In this document: positions 1-10,900 of the stretch, in pieces
Layout of the letters: every line of letters begins with the position of its first letter
Position numbering within the stretch: the first letter of the stretch is position 1
Assembly: GCA_963666425.2 (NCBI GenBank)
Contig: OY762825.2
Coordinates: 832,001 to 896,000, forward strand
Source of the DNA: Bacillota bacterium
GTDB taxonomy: Bacteria; Bacillota; JAAYKD01
DNA: 64,000 nucleotides
Direction: 5' to 3'
Position numbers and translations under genes: made by a program
Notes under the pieces: model-generated
Told to the model about the DNA's origin: nothing
Seen by the model: only the letters and a program-made list of their open reading frames with translations
Databases searched by the model: none

Positions 1-299
1 ATAAGAAAAGATCCAGTAAATACTGACAAGTATTTCAGACCTGTTTTTTTATCCCCGAAGCCGAAATTGAAATTGATTTTTAACAGTTTGCTCAAAACAC
101 CAATAACCACTAACGTTAGCAGCATCTGAACAAAATGATGAACAGAGACGGAGGCGAATTTATTGTAGGGATCTATCTGCTTGTATGAAAGCATGGCGGC
201 AAAATAGCTTCCAAGCATACCGGCAAAAACCTGAAACCCAAACAATGCCAAGAAAAACAAGCAGCTGCCCAACAGGTTCTTTTTCGTCTGTCTTTCCAT
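1..299 (-). CDS. Partial membrane protein running off the window edge, possibly a CPBP/CAAX-type intramembrane protease
   Basis: Manual translation MERQTKKNLLGSCLFFLALFGFQVFAG...FGFGDKKTGLKY; GAGAGGAG RBS before ATG at 299; hydrophobic. Catalytic region lies outside the window. Confidence 0.5.
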   Translation of the reverse strand, partial: MERQTKKNLLGSCLFFLALFGFQVFAGMLGSYFAAMLSYKQIDPYNKFASVSVHHFVQMLLTLVVIGVLSKLLKINFNFGFGDKKTGLKYLSVFTGSFL

Positions 300-439
300 T
301 TTTAACTCCTCTCACGAATTGTGGATTTCAATTTCTGTTACTAAAATAGAGTTATTCGGAGGTTTTTGTTTATCGCTACCAACGATACAGCTACCAACGA
401 TATACCCGTAATGAAAATTCCTGAAACAGTGAATTCTCC

Positions 440-1018
440 CTAATTCAAATAGCAATCAATGATTTGATCAATCAGATTTTCACGCTGCTGCCGATTATTA
501 AAATCGATCCCGGTTTCGATTTTCAGTGATGCACTTCGTAAAAATAACGATTGAAGTGTTAAAATCATCAAATAAGTCCTTTGCTTTATCTCTTGATCCT
601 CTGCCTGATTGGAGAAAGCCCGCCGCACCAAAGGAGAAAAAGCGGCGATTGTTTGGGATGTGTTATCGTTTTGATTTACGGCGGTTAAATCAGCTAGGAT
701 AGAGATTCGCGCTATATTCTCATGCGTCACAAGGAACTCGCACGTATACTTAACTATCCAGCGCAGTTTTTCTACCGGAGTCATTTCCGGAAGCGTCTTG
801 TAAACATCGCCAGCTTGCTTGATTACCTCGCTGATCATTTCCTGAACACACTGAGCAATTAGATTTTCTTTTGTTTGGAAGTGATAATTCACCAAACCGG
901 CTCCGATTCCTATGCGATTACAGATCTCACGAATGGTGATTTCAGCAGGGTTGCTCCCTTTTTCTCGAATCAGTTCAATTGTAGATTGCATAATCTCATG
1001 CTTGACATTTTTCCGCAT
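440..1018 (-). CDS. TetR/AcrR family transcriptional regulator
   Basis: N-terminal HTH ITIREICNRIGIGAGLVNYHFQTKENL; 192 aa. Confidence 0.9.
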   Translation of the reverse strand: MRKNVKHEIMQSTIELIREKGSNPAEITIREICNRIGIGAGLVNYHFQTKENLIAQCVQEMISEVIKQAGDVYKTLPEMTPVEKLRWIVKYTCEFLVTHENIARISILADLTAVNQNDNTSQTIAAFSPLVRRAFSNQAEDQEIKQRTYLMILTLQSLFLRSASLKIETGIDFNNRQQRENLIDQIIDCYLN

Positions 1019-1038
1019 ACCGATTGTTCTCCTTTGCC

Positions 1039-1404
1039 TTATTTCGTTATGAGAAAGCTGAACCTGGCTATGACCGATTTCGCAAACATGGCGAGCGCTA
1101 AAACAATCAAAGCGGTTTGTGGATTTTCCAGCTTTGGTATACTCCAGTGCAGCAGTTGTGTTAAAAAAGCTGCCATTGCAATTGCACCTAAGAGATATCC
1201 CAAAATTGATAACGGGTGAGCCGGAGCGGCGGAAATAAACTTCCCAACACTAAGTATACACAGCAACATTCCAATGATGCCAAGTGTCAGGGTTGCCGAT
1301 CGTGCTCCTTGTATGAACAGAAAGTTTCTACCGGATAAGCCGGCGAAGACCAAGACAATCACGATGACTGCTTCAAAAATAAGAATAGAAATATTCCTCA
1401 TCAA
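1039..1404 (-). CDS. Small four-helix membrane protein co-transcribed with tetR
   Basis: Four hydrophobic segments; AAAAGGAG RBS. Confidence 0.75.
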   Translation of the reverse strand: MMRNISILIFEAVIVIVLVFAGLSGRNFLFIQGARSATLTLGIIGMLLCILSVGKFISAAPAHPLSILGYLLGAIAMAAFLTQLLHWSIPKLENPQTALIVLALAMFAKSVIARFSFLITK

Positions 1405-1423
1405 TTTTGCTCCTTTTCATTTA

Positions 1424-1478
1424 TTGAACATAGTACTGAACGTTGTTCAATTATATCCGATTTGCTAGAATATGTCAA
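1424..1478 (-). promoter_or_regulatory. Consensus sigma-A promoter with adjacent palindromic operator (probable TetR site)
   Basis: Minus strand TTGACA (1478-1473), 17 bp, TATAAT (1455-1450), followed by TTGAACAACGTTCAGTACTATGTTCAA containing TTGAAC/GTTCAA half-sites. Confidence 0.75.
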
Positions 1479-1505
1479 TAGCATTTTGAGCTGAGTAGCA
1501 AAAAG

Positions 1506-1531
1506 CAGAGCCATCCTATTCGATGGCTCTG
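1506..1531. terminator. Intrinsic terminator hairpin downstream of the padR operon
   Basis: CAGAGCCATC...GATGGCTCTG stem; A-run on the + strand gives a U tail on the minus strand. Confidence 0.65.
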
Positions 1532-1604
1532 ACTCTGTCTTATTTGCTTAATTTAGATGCAAGTAATAAATTTTTTTAGTAAAATATTCATGATTTACTT
1601 AAAG

Positions 1605-2150
1605 TTATTGCGCATAAAAACCGCTGACGAAATCAGTATCATTTAACTTACTTTGAACACTTTTATTCCAAGCTTCTTTATCTAAAAGTGATGACAAATC
1701 ATTGCCGAAGGAATTTTGTATCTTCTCCCTGGTAAACACAAATGTGTTTCCGGAAAATTGATATGTAATTTGTTGAAGATTATCAATCAATGCCATGGCC
1801 ACAGTTGAATTGTATATTAAGTCCCTGTGTACTTTATCTTCTCCGATATTCCATACCGTATCAAGATAATTGACAGTAAGATAGCAATCATTAGGGTTAA
1901 TTTCGAATTTCATAGAGATAGTATGTAATGGCAAATGGCAAAAAAGATTAGCGACATTGCTGCTATCGCCGATATAAGCGCTTTTGTAATTCAATACGCT
2001 TTCAATATCGTGCTGGAGAGAATCGTTTTGATTAGCGTTGTATTGCTCTTGCTTTGCATTGTTGTGCGGAATGATTACAAATTGCACGACGCAAAATGCC
2101 AAGACGCCGATTACAAGCAAAGCAACTATAATTTTGTTCTTATTATTCAT
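1605..2150 (-). CDS. Membrane-anchored DUF4825-like protein
   Basis: N-terminal TM; motifs YKSAYIGDSSNV..L and NSTVAMALIDNLQQITY; probable start at MNNK. Confidence 0.7.
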   Translation of the reverse strand: MNNKNKIIVALLVIGVLAFCVVQFVIIPHNNAKQEQYNANQNDSLQHDIESVLNYKSAYIGDSSNVANLFCHLPLHTISMKFEINPNDCYLTVNYLDTVWNIGEDKVHRDLIYNSTVAMALIDNLQQITYQFSGNTFVFTREKIQNSFGNDLSSLLDKEAWNKSVQSKLNDTDFVSGFYAQ

Positions 2151-2808
2151 CTTTATCTTTCCTTTCATTCTTCGCTAAAATTTCTGGAAACCTGCCTATG
2201 GCAATAGGTATTAGTATTGTAGTGGCGGGTATATAATATCTAGCCGCTATTGATGCAAATTGGTAAGGGCCTGTAATTTGTATGGGCCGTGCAAACCAAA
2301 TGTTGCTGGCAAACATTATGGCGCTTATTGTTACCGTAAATACGACAAAGAAAATCAGCCAAATGATCCAGGTCGTTCTGCGAATAGTCTTATACCGAAA
2401 CCAGTTTATAAACGCAATCTCATCCTGATTATGCTTTTTACTGTTCAGGTAAGAAATTCCCAAAGCCACCATAAACAAGAATGTGATTACTGAAAAAGGC
2501 ATAGCTCCCATAATAATCGTTGGTATAGACAGAATCCAAAGGATGATTGCATAAAGCAAGAGAGTCTGCTGGCACTCTGCCTGAAAGCGGTTAATATAGG
2601 TCAATTGATTGCCTTCGATAATATTATCAATTGATAAAATGCTTTCTTTTGTTTTTGCGATTGCTTGGTCTTCCGAATAACCCTGATCTATTAAATCCTG
2701 TTTTTTTGCCACCAGATTGCTATATATCTCGTCCTTTAAATCCCGTATTTTTGCGGTTTGCTGCTGATGCGCGAACAAAACCTCCGTATAGTTTTTTAAT
2801 TCATCCAT
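2143..2808 (-). CDS. Permease-prefix-domain-1 membrane protein (PadR partner)
   Basis: N-terminus DLKDEIYSNL...DLIDQGYSEDQAI followed by TM helices; overlaps the padR stop. Confidence 0.7.
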   Translation of the reverse strand: MDELKNYTEVLFAHQQQTAKIRDLKDEIYSNLVAKKQDLIDQGYSEDQAIAKTKESILSIDNIIEGNQLTYINRFQAECQQTLLLYAIILWILSIPTIIMGAMPFSVITFLFMVALGISYLNSKKHNQDEIAFINWFRYKTIRRTTWIIWLIFFVVFTVTISAIMFASNIWFARPIQITGPYQFASIAARYYIPATTILIPIAIGRFPEILAKNERKDKDE

Positions 2809-3154
2809 TTGCTTTCCCACCTTTGAATAATATCGCATTGATAATTTTCTGTGCCGTTAGCCATTGCTGAATGGATCTATCTAATTCAGTTTCACCGGTT
2901 TCGGTAATGTGGTAATATTTCCGCCTGCCTCCCTGGGATTCTTCCCCCCAATAACTTTTAATTAGATTGTCTTTCTCAAGCCGTTTTAAGCTCGTATAAA
3001 GCGATGGTTCTTTTAGTTCATATTCCTTATCGCTTTTTTGCGATATTGATTTGATTATTTCGTAGCCGTAGTTATCACCGTCACGCAAAACCGTCAATAT
3101 GATTGTATCTATATGGCCTCGGATTAAGTCGCTGCTGATACTGTCAATAGGCAT
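2801..3154 (-). CDS. PadR family transcriptional regulator
   Basis: SDLIRGHIDTIIL...YGYEI...EPSLYTSLKRLEK...RRKYYHIT; GGAAGGAGG RBS before ATG 3154. Confidence 0.92.
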   Translation of the reverse strand: MPIDSISSDLIRGHIDTIILTVLRDGDNYGYEIIKSISQKSDKEYELKEPSLYTSLKRLEKDNLIKSYWGEESQGGRRKYYHITETGETELDRSIQQWLTAQKIINAILFKGGKANG

Positions 3155-3179
3155 TATAATCACTCCTCCTTCCAACTGT

Positions 3180-3208
3180 ATTGTATAACATATTACTATG
3201 TGTGTCAA
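3180..3208 (-). promoter_or_regulatory. Sigma-A promoter of the padR operon
   Basis: TTGACA, 17 bp, TACAAT on the minus strand; also present in the second padR copy. Confidence 0.7.
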
Positions 3209-3225
3209 TGTAATATTGCAAAAAT

Positions 3226-3265
3226 AGGAGCTGTAGCAAAAAATCAGAAAATTGCTACAGCTCCT
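3226..3265. repeat. Hairpin resembling the IS1182 terminus at 33653
   Basis: AGGAGCTGTAGCAA...TTGCTACAGCTCCT; also at 28100-28136. Confidence 0.8.
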
Positions 3266-3342
3266 GTGCATATCTCACCTTGTCAACGCTGGTTTGAATT
3301 TGACCCAAAACGCCAGTTGAGAAATGATCCAACGAAGGTCAG

Positions 3343-3953
3343 AACCGGTGGTTTTACTTGCAGTAGAAAAAGCCCGCGTAATGGGTAAACCAGAGATGTT
3401 GAACTCGAATCAGGACAGCCAATTTATCTGTCATGGTTACACCGATTTTCTAAAAATCAACCAGATTCAGGTCAGTTTGGATGGAAAAGAACACCGGGCG
3501 GACGATATTCTGATCGAATGTTGGTTCCGCACGCGGAAGAATGAAACGGTTATCTGAAAGAGTATCTCAATGTAAGAGAATTCAGGTAACAAATAACTGC
3601 TTTTGTCGCTACCTACAATGACGAGCGCTTACACTCTGCCTTGAACTACCAAGTTTTTGCAAAAGTTTACCGAACCTACTCAATTGAAAAAGGGCGCCTG
3701 ATCCACCGCCGATCTTGACCCTGCCAGTGTAGATATTCCGGCTTTCTTGCGGGCGAGACGGGGTTATGATTGATGGTTTCTCTTGCACGCTTAAACTACT
3801 TTATCATTTAAACTGTAGCAGCCTTAAGGTTACCCTACCGGCGGCTACGGAATTCGGATTATAAATAATCACGAGCAAACAAAATTGCGATTTACCATTA
3901 TCTGGTTCGTCAAGAAACATTTTTTTATGTGTCTTGCAAACCGAATCTTTATA
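3343..3953 (+). mobile_element. Degenerate 3' remnant of the IS3-family element at 16751-18247, in inverted orientation
   Basis: Decayed integrase core (KPEMLNSNQDSQF...QVSLDGK...IECWFRT) and a homologous 3' non-coding end TGTCTTGCAAACCGAATCTTTATA. Confidence 0.85.
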
Positions 3954-4446
3954 GTCGCCGGATTAACAGTTGTCTATTCTTGAACCCCTTGTGGGATTTG
4001 GATTGTTTTAAAAAAACTGCTGTTCCTCTGTCACATAGATAAAATTATACAAGCTCCAAAGAATCCTTTTAGGCAACCTGTTAGCAAGAACCCTCTCTCG
4101 AACATTGGAATGCTTCGATTGAATCAACCGATACCGATTGCGGTTGATATTATCGCGCTTGCTTGTTCAGTCCGTGCGTCTTGCGCACGATAGGTAATTG
4201 CACAACGATTGTTTACTATAGATTGTCTGGAGCTTTTTCCTATATCTAATATACCTCTGCCAATGTAATTTCAAAAGGTGAAAATGTATAGTTTAAGCAG
4301 GGAGTTTGTATGGTTTTGGGATAGTGAGAAGTTTAGTTTTCAATATTGGCTTTTACGACAATCTCTTTCCATAAGACCGTAGTTTATGGTTGAATACAAT
4401 TCATATAAACACCGAATTTCGATAAAAAAATACAACAAAATTACAT

Positions 4447-4478
4447 GAGTCGGTAGAAGGTTGCCCTTCTGCCGACTC
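4447..4478. terminator. Strong hairpin downstream of the surface-protein operon
   Basis: GAGTCGGTAGAAGG-TTGC-CCTTCTGCCGACTC. Confidence 0.55.
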
Positions 4479-4570
4479 GGCATAGCAGTGAAGATTACCT
4501 TGCTTCAGACAACATACATCTATAGATTGTATCTTATGCGGACTTCAATCCAGTATGATTCGTCAAATGT

Positions 4571-7500
4571 CTATGCGTAATAGATAGCCATTTGTAAATC
4601 AAATGTGTTTGTAAACCCTTGGCCGACTAATACTGCACTCATGGTGGCAGGATCAAAATAAGCCAGATCTATCCTAAGTAACGCTGAATTGTTAGTTAAC
4701 AAGTCATATATAGTACTTTCTGTGGCGGCATTGATTGCAGCTAACGCTATTTCAGCGGTCGGTGCATTGGTTACTGCCTCGTTGAAAGCAGTGTGCAATG
4801 CTGCGAGACTATAGTACCCACTTATAAAATTTGGTTGGGATACTAAATAACCATGAACTATTTCCTGTTGCGCTGGTGATAATGAAGCATAAGCTGTTAA
4901 ATCCAGTCCCAATGCAGCTGCATTGTCAGTGATTACCATTGCAATCGTATCCATCCCGGCAATGTTGAACGGGTCTATGAATGTGATTGTGAGGTCATAT
5001 AAGATTGCATCAAGTGCTAATTGTAAATCATAGGAGTTTGTAAATATCTGCGCATCCAGTGCTGTATTAATAGTGAGCGGATCGCCATAAAGAGTATAAC
5101 TATCGAGATTTATCCCAAGCAGAACTGCATTATTAGCTAAAATCCCACTTATCGTGTCCACGGTGGCAGTATTAATTTCAGCTAACACGATTAAAGCCGC
5201 CGGCGCGTTGAGCACTGCCGCAGCTAACGCTGCTTGTACTTGTGCGGCATTTGCATAATAAACTCCCACAGTTGTTGGTAACAGCAGGTACCCATTTACT
5301 ATTAGTTGCTCCTCCGGTGATAATAAATTGTAAAACGTTAAATCCAGAGCCAAAGCGGATGCACTGGCTTCAAGTGCAGCACCCATAGTATCCACTGTAG
5401 CATAATTGATTGGGTCAAGTATAGCCGATGCTAAAGCAAGATCAAAAGCGCCCCTAATATCTGCTAATATGGTGAATGTCGGAGCGTAAATTATTGCTTG
5501 CTGGACTTGGTATTGCTGATCTAGAGTCAGGAGTTTGTATGCTGTCAGATTCAACCCGATGGCATCTCCGAACTGAAGTATAAATCCGGGTATGTATGTC
5601 ATTGTTCGTCCCAGATTGAAGTTATTTAGAATATTCGCTTCGTTTGTCACAGTAACAAAACATGATGCAGTAATACTGCCGTCAACTGTTGTTACAGTTA
5701 CGGTTGAGATTCCCATGCCTACCCCGGTGATGACACCATTGACCACGGTTACAGGGTTCAAAGAACCCGCTGCCGACCAAGATACATTCTTGTTTGGTGC
5801 GTCGTTTGGCAAAACTGTTGCAATCAGTGTATCGGTCATTCCAAGCAGCACTGATGTTGTTGTTTTATTCAGCGTAACAATTAAAATATTTATAATGTAC
5901 GTCGTAGTCTTTCCACCGACAGTAATCGTCAGTGTCTGGCCAATAAGCGGCGTTGTGCTATCGAAGCCGGTTATATTCGCCGCTGTAATTGTCTCAACCC
6001 TTGTGCTGTTATCACTATATGTACCGATGACAACAAGACCTGTTAGGCTGAGCACATCACCAGCTTTGTAGGTGGTTTTTGTTGCAGGTGTTGTGATGAC
6101 GATGCTAACTAATGTCGCTGGGTTTGTAGTGAAGGTCAAGGTTGTATCCAGACTAGCCGGATATCCATTCATAAAATCCTCAGCGTAACGAACGAGCAGC
6201 GTATGGTTTCCATTGAAGTCTAGGGCATTAAATGCAATGTCTGGACCAAAGAAACCATTGTACATCACGTATCCATTTCCATCATAGTTATATTCCATCG
6301 CAGACGTCATGCCTGTGACTGTATTTGTGACATCATCATTTGTCACCGCTGGTCCAGGTCTTGCCGGATTAGTAGTAAAAGTTAAGGTCGTCACCAAACT
6401 GGCTGGAATAGCCTCAACTGCCGCATAACGAACGAGCAGTATATGGTTTCCATTGAAGTCCAAGCTGCCAAAACTAAAACTAAACATCTCGTACATCACA
6501 TAACCGGTTCCGTCATAATTGTATTCCATTCCGACAGCCATTCCTGCGACTGTGTTTGCAACATCATCATTAGTCACCAGCGGTGCTGGTGGGGCTACTG
6601 GGTTTGTTGTAAAGATTAACGTTGCGACTGGCCCGGTTGGGTCTGAAATTAATCTTACCAATATGGTATGTTCTCCGCTTAAGTCCAATGCATCAAAAAT
6701 GCTTGCATCATATGGAACATACCCTACACCATCTAGGTTGTATTCCATGGCCGTCGTCATACCTGTGACAGTGTTTGCTGTATCATCTCTGGTAACAGCT
6801 GGCCCAGGGTTAGCAGTAAAGGTCAATATTGTATCGATACTAGGCAAAGACCAATTCATGCCATCCGCCCAGTAGCGCACGAGCAGTGTATGATCTCCGT
6901 TGAAGTCCAGATTCCCCCATGCAGGTCCAAACGGATCGTATACCACATAGGATGCTCCGTCATAACTATACTCCATTGCAGTTGTCATACCTGTGACAAT
7001 GTTTGCAACATCATCTCTTGTTACAGATGGTCCAGGTCTTTGAGTGAAAATCAATGTCGTAACCGGCCCTGTTGGGTCTGCAACATACCTAACCAGGAGT
7101 GTATGTGCGCCTTCAAAATTGAGGCTACCAAAGATAAAGTTCCCCTCATCGTACTGAACGTAGGTTGCTCCGTCAAAACTGTATTCCATTGCTGTCGTCA
7201 TTCCACTTACCATGTCTGTAACGTCATTATTTGTTACCGGTGGCCCGGGGTTAGTAGTAAAGGTTAATGTTGTGTCAGCACTTGGCGGATTAATTCCTTC
7301 TGCGGCTACTCTTACAAGTAAAGTGTGCTCTCCACTGAAGTCTATCAAGCCAAATGAGGTTGAATCATATGCTACATAACCAGGTGCTGCATCTAACTTG
7401 TATTCCATTGCTGTTGACATGCTGCTTACTGTGTTTGCAATATCGTCCATTGTTACGGATGGTGCTGGGGGAATTACAGGTATTGATGCGATTACAATGT

Positions 7501-7903
7501 TCAACCGATCCTGTAGTGCTGTTTTGTCTGTGCCGTTTGGCAGAGCAGTGATCAACGCTTGGGCTGCATCAGCATCCGCTTGTAGATGGCTACCCTCCGC
7601 CGTTACAACAGCCGCTGTTGCTTGAATGGAAGCAACGGCTTGTACAAAAGTCATACCCAAAATGGTTCTATTGTTTATTTCTTGTGCATTATATCGGGTT
7701 CCGTCTAGACCTTCTATTTCATAACCGCCTAAGTTTGCTGCGACAAAATCAAACACATCAGGTCTATCGATAAATTGGTTAAATGTGTAATTCTTGGTAT
7801 TATCCGCACTGTATGTCAAATCAAACGGTGCTGCAAGGGCAATTGATGTCGAACTTAACAATAATGTTAAAGTGAATGTGATAGCTATAATTATCTTTTT
7901 CAT
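4571..7903 (-). CDS. Large secreted acidic surface protein: six ~70-85-aa beta-sandwich (DUF4073-like) repeats, Big_3- and Big_2-like Ig domains, C-terminal helical repeats
   Basis: Signal peptide MKKIII...ALAA; repeats P.VT.DD..NTV.GM..AMEY..DG..Y...G.H.LLVR; AGGAGG RBS. Confidence 0.8.
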   Translation of the reverse strand: MKKIIIAITFTLTLLLSSTSIALAAPFDLTYSADNTKNYTFNQFIDRPDVFDFVAANLGGYEIEGLDGTRYNAQEINNRTILGMTFVQAVASIQATAAVVTAEGSHLQADADAAQALITALPNGTDKTALQDRLNIVIASIPVIPPAPSVTMDDIANTVSSMSTAMEYKLDAAPGYVAYDSTSFGLIDFSGEHTLLVRVAAEGINPPSADTTLTFTTNPGPPVTNNDVTDMVSGMTTAMEYSFDGATYVQYDEGNFIFGSLNFEGAHTLLVRYVADPTGPVTTLIFTQRPGPSVTRDDVANIVTGMTTAMEYSYDGASYVVYDPFGPAWGNLDFNGDHTLLVRYWADGMNWSLPSIDTILTFTANPGPAVTRDDTANTVTGMTTAMEYNLDGVGYVPYDASIFDALDLSGEHTILVRLISDPTGPVATLIFTTNPVAPPAPLVTNDDVANTVAGMAVGMEYNYDGTGYVMYEMFSFSFGSLDFNGNHILLVRYAAVEAIPASLVTTLTFTTNPARPGPAVTNDDVTNTVTGMTSAMEYNYDGNGYVMYNGFFGPDIAFNALDFNGNHTLLVRYAEDFMNGYPASLDTTLTFTTNPATLVSIVITTPATKTTYKAGDVLSLTGLVVIGTYSDNSTRVETITAANITGFDSTTPLIGQTLTITVGGKTTTYIINILIVTLNKTTTSVLLGMTDTLIATVLPNDAPNKNVSWSAAGSLNPVTVVNGVITGVGMGISTVTVTTVDGSITASCFVTVTNEANILNNFNLGRTMTYIPGFILQFGDAIGLNLTAYKLLTLDQQYQVQQAIIYAPTFTILADIRGAFDLALASAILDPINYATVDTMGAALEASASALALDLTFYNLLSPEEQLIVNGYLLLPTTVGVYYANAAQVQAALAAAVLNAPAALIVLAEINTATVDTISGILANNAVLLGINLDSYTLYGDPLTINTALDAQIFTNSYDLQLALDAILYDLTITFIDPFNIAGMDTIAMVITDNAAALGLDLTAYASLSPAQQEIVHGYLVSQPNFISGYYSLAALHTAFNEAVTNAPTAEIALAAINAATESTIYDLLTNNSALLRIDLAYFDPATMSAVLVGQGFTNTFDLQMAIYYA

Positions 7904-7945
7904 TTGAATCCTCCTACTTTTTTAATTATGCAATTTTCGACATCT

Positions 7946-10900
7946 TTAAGGTAATTGGACTTCAATTGTCTGACCTAAAGCCACGATTTTAATAGAAGTT
8001 ACTGCCGTTCCTGAGTTAACTCTCACGAGACCTGCTATCACTTCGAAAGGATTTGAAACATTATTTACTAATACTTGTGTAACATCTTCAGGCGTTGCAC
8101 CCGTTACCTGCACATTGTAAGATTCAATTCCAAACACTACCCCTACCAATGTAGCCGTTGCTGTAATTATTCCAGTCGGGACATTGATTGTTTGCCCAAG
8201 AACTACTATTTGTACTGAAGCAACTACAGTTGTAGATGGAGAATTAAACCTTACTACACCGCCTATAATTTGGAATGTTTTGGTAGCGCTATTTACCAAT
8301 ACTTGAGTAACATCTTCTGGCGCTGCACCTGTTATCTGAATCTGATAGGATTTGACTCCCAATACCTCTCCAACTAATGTCAATGATCCCGTAATTACTG
8401 GAGCTGCAACAGATATATTGTAAGTTGCTGTCTTGCCACCGACGGTGATCGTCAGTGTTTGGCTGGCAGCGACTGCTGCGCTATTGAAGCCGGAGATATT
8501 CCCAGCCGTAATCGTCTCTGCCATGGTGCTGCTGTCACTGTAAGTACCGGTGATAACAAGACCCGTGAGATCAAGCGGATCGCCAACCGTATAAGCTGTC
8601 TTCGCTGCCGGTGTGGTGATTGCGATACTGCTCAGTGTGACAGGTGCTGCTGCGACAGATATATTGTATGTCGCTGTCTTGCCACCAATGGTGATCGTCA
8701 GCGTCTGGCTGGCAGCGACTGCTGCGCTATTGAAGCCGGAGATATTCCCAGCCGTAATCGTCTCAACCATGGTGCTGCTGTCACTGTAAGTTCCGGTGAC
8801 AACCAGACCTGTGAGATCAAGCGGATCGCCAACCGTATAAGCTGTCTTCGTTGCCGGTGTGGTGATTGCGATACTGCTCAGTGTGACAGGTGCTGCTGCA
8901 ACAGATATATTGTATGTCGCTGTCTTGCCACCGACGGTGATCGTCAGTGTCTGGCTGGCAGCGACTGCTGCGCTATTGAAGCCGGAGATATTCCCAGCAG
9001 TAATCGTCTCAACCATGGTGCTGCTGTCACTGTAAGTGCCGGTGACAACAAGACCTGTGAGGTCGAGCGGATCGCCAACCGTATAAGCTGTCTTCGTTGC
9101 CGGTGTGGTGATTGCGATACTGCTCAGTGTGACAGGTGCTGCTGCGATTGATATATTGTAAGTTGCTGTCTTGCCACCGACGGTGATCGTCAGTGTCTGG
9201 CTGGCAGCGACTGCTGCACTATTGAAGCCGGAGATATTCCCAGCAGTAATCGTCTCAACCATGGTGCTGCTGTCACTGTAAGTGCCGGTGACAACAAGAC
9301 CTGTGAGGTCGAGCGGATCGCCAACCGTATAAGCTGTCTTCGTTGCCGGTGTGGTGATTGCGATACTGCTCAGTGTGACAGGTGCTGCTGCGATTGATAT
9401 ATTGTAAGTTGCTGTCTTGCCACCGACGGTGATCGTCAGTGTCTGGCTGGCAGTGGCTGCCGAGCTGTTGAAGCCGGAGATGTTCCCAGCCGTAATCGTC
9501 TCAACCATGGTGCTGCTGTCACTGTAAGTGCCGGTGACAACCAGACCTGTGATGTCAAGCGGATCGCCAACCGTATAAGCTGTCTTCGCTGCCGGTGTGG
9601 TGATTGCGATACTGCTCAGTGTGACAGGTGCTGCTGCAACAGATATATTGTAGGTTGCTGTCTTGCCACCGACGGTGATCGTCAGTGTTTGGCTGGCAGC
9701 GACTGCTGCGCTATTGAAGCCGGAGATATTCCCAGCCGTAATCGTCTCAACCATGGTGCTGCTGTCACTGTAAGTACCGGTGATAACAAGACCCGTGAGA
9801 TCAAGCGGATCGCCAACCGTATAAGCTGTCTTCGCTGCCGGTGTGGTGATTGCGATACTGCTCAGTGTGACAGGTGCTGCTGCGATTGATATATTGTAAG
9901 TTGCTGTCTTGCCACCGACGGTGATCGTCAGTGTCTGGCTGGCAGCGACTGCTGCGCTATTGAAGCCGGAGATATTCCCAGCAGTAATCGTCTCAACCAT
10001 GGTGCTGCTGTCACTGTAAGTGCCGGTGACAACAAGACCTGTGAGGTCGAGCGGATCGCCAACCGTATAAGCTGTCTTCGTTGCCGGTGTGGTGATTGCG
10101 ATACTGCTCAGTGTGACAGGTGCTGCTGCGATTGATATATTGTAAGTTGCTGTCTTGCCACCGACGGTGATCGTCAGTGTCTGGCTGGCAGCGACTGCTG
10201 CGCTATTGAAGCCGGAGATATTCCCAGCAGTAATCGTCTCAACCATGGTGCTGCTGTCACTGTAAGTGCCGGTGACAACAAGACCTGTGAGGTCGAGCGG
10301 ATCGCCAACCGTATAAGCTGTCTTCGTTGCAGGTGTGGTGATTGCGATACTGCTCAGTGTGACAGGTGCTGCTGCGATTGATATATTGTAAGTTGCTGTC
10401 TTGCCACCGACGGTGATCGTCAGTGTCTGGCTGGCAGTGGCTGCCGAGCTGTTGAAGCCGGAGATGTTCCCAGCCGTAATCGTCTCAACCATGGTGCTGC
10501 TGTCACTGTAAGTGCCGGTGACAACCAGACCTGTGATGTCAAGCGGATCGCCAACCGTATAAGCTGTCTTCGCTGCCGGTGTGATGATTGCGATACTGCT
10601 CAGTGTTGGTGTAACCACACCACCGCCTCCAACATCACCACCACCGTCACCACCGCCACTGCCGCCACCGCCAACACCGCCGCCACTGCCGCCACCGCCA
10701 ACACCGCCGCCACTGCCGCCACCGCCAACACCGCCGCCACCTGTTATGAGATCAAGCGAGGTTCCGTTTGAAAGATATAAATTTCCGCCAATTGTAACTT
10801 CCATATCTTTCGGAGCTATTGTTGTTGTCGGTGCTGATTCAAATGATGCTCCTGCTGCTGCAGGCAACAAATTGGCTCTTGTTATAATACCTGTTCCTGT

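Noticed and set aside
4447-4478. Hairpin as a group II intron 3' end
   Set aside because: No recognisable domain V or intron-encoded protein adjacent
4517-4545. dif/Xer-like arm TTATGCGGACT (and TAATGTAAACT at ~25977)
   Set aside because: Only one arm resembles the Firmicute dif consensus, and no regular array of sites is seen
8459-9889. Cys-rich repetitive ORFs on the + strand (MAGSDCCAIEAG...) as RiPP precursors
   Set aside because: Antisense shadows of the Ala/Thr-rich Ig repeats
8398-10612. Regular repeats as a CRISPR array or DGR template/variable pair
   Set aside because: They are in-frame 246-bp coding repeats without spacers; no cas or reverse transcriptase gene is in the window
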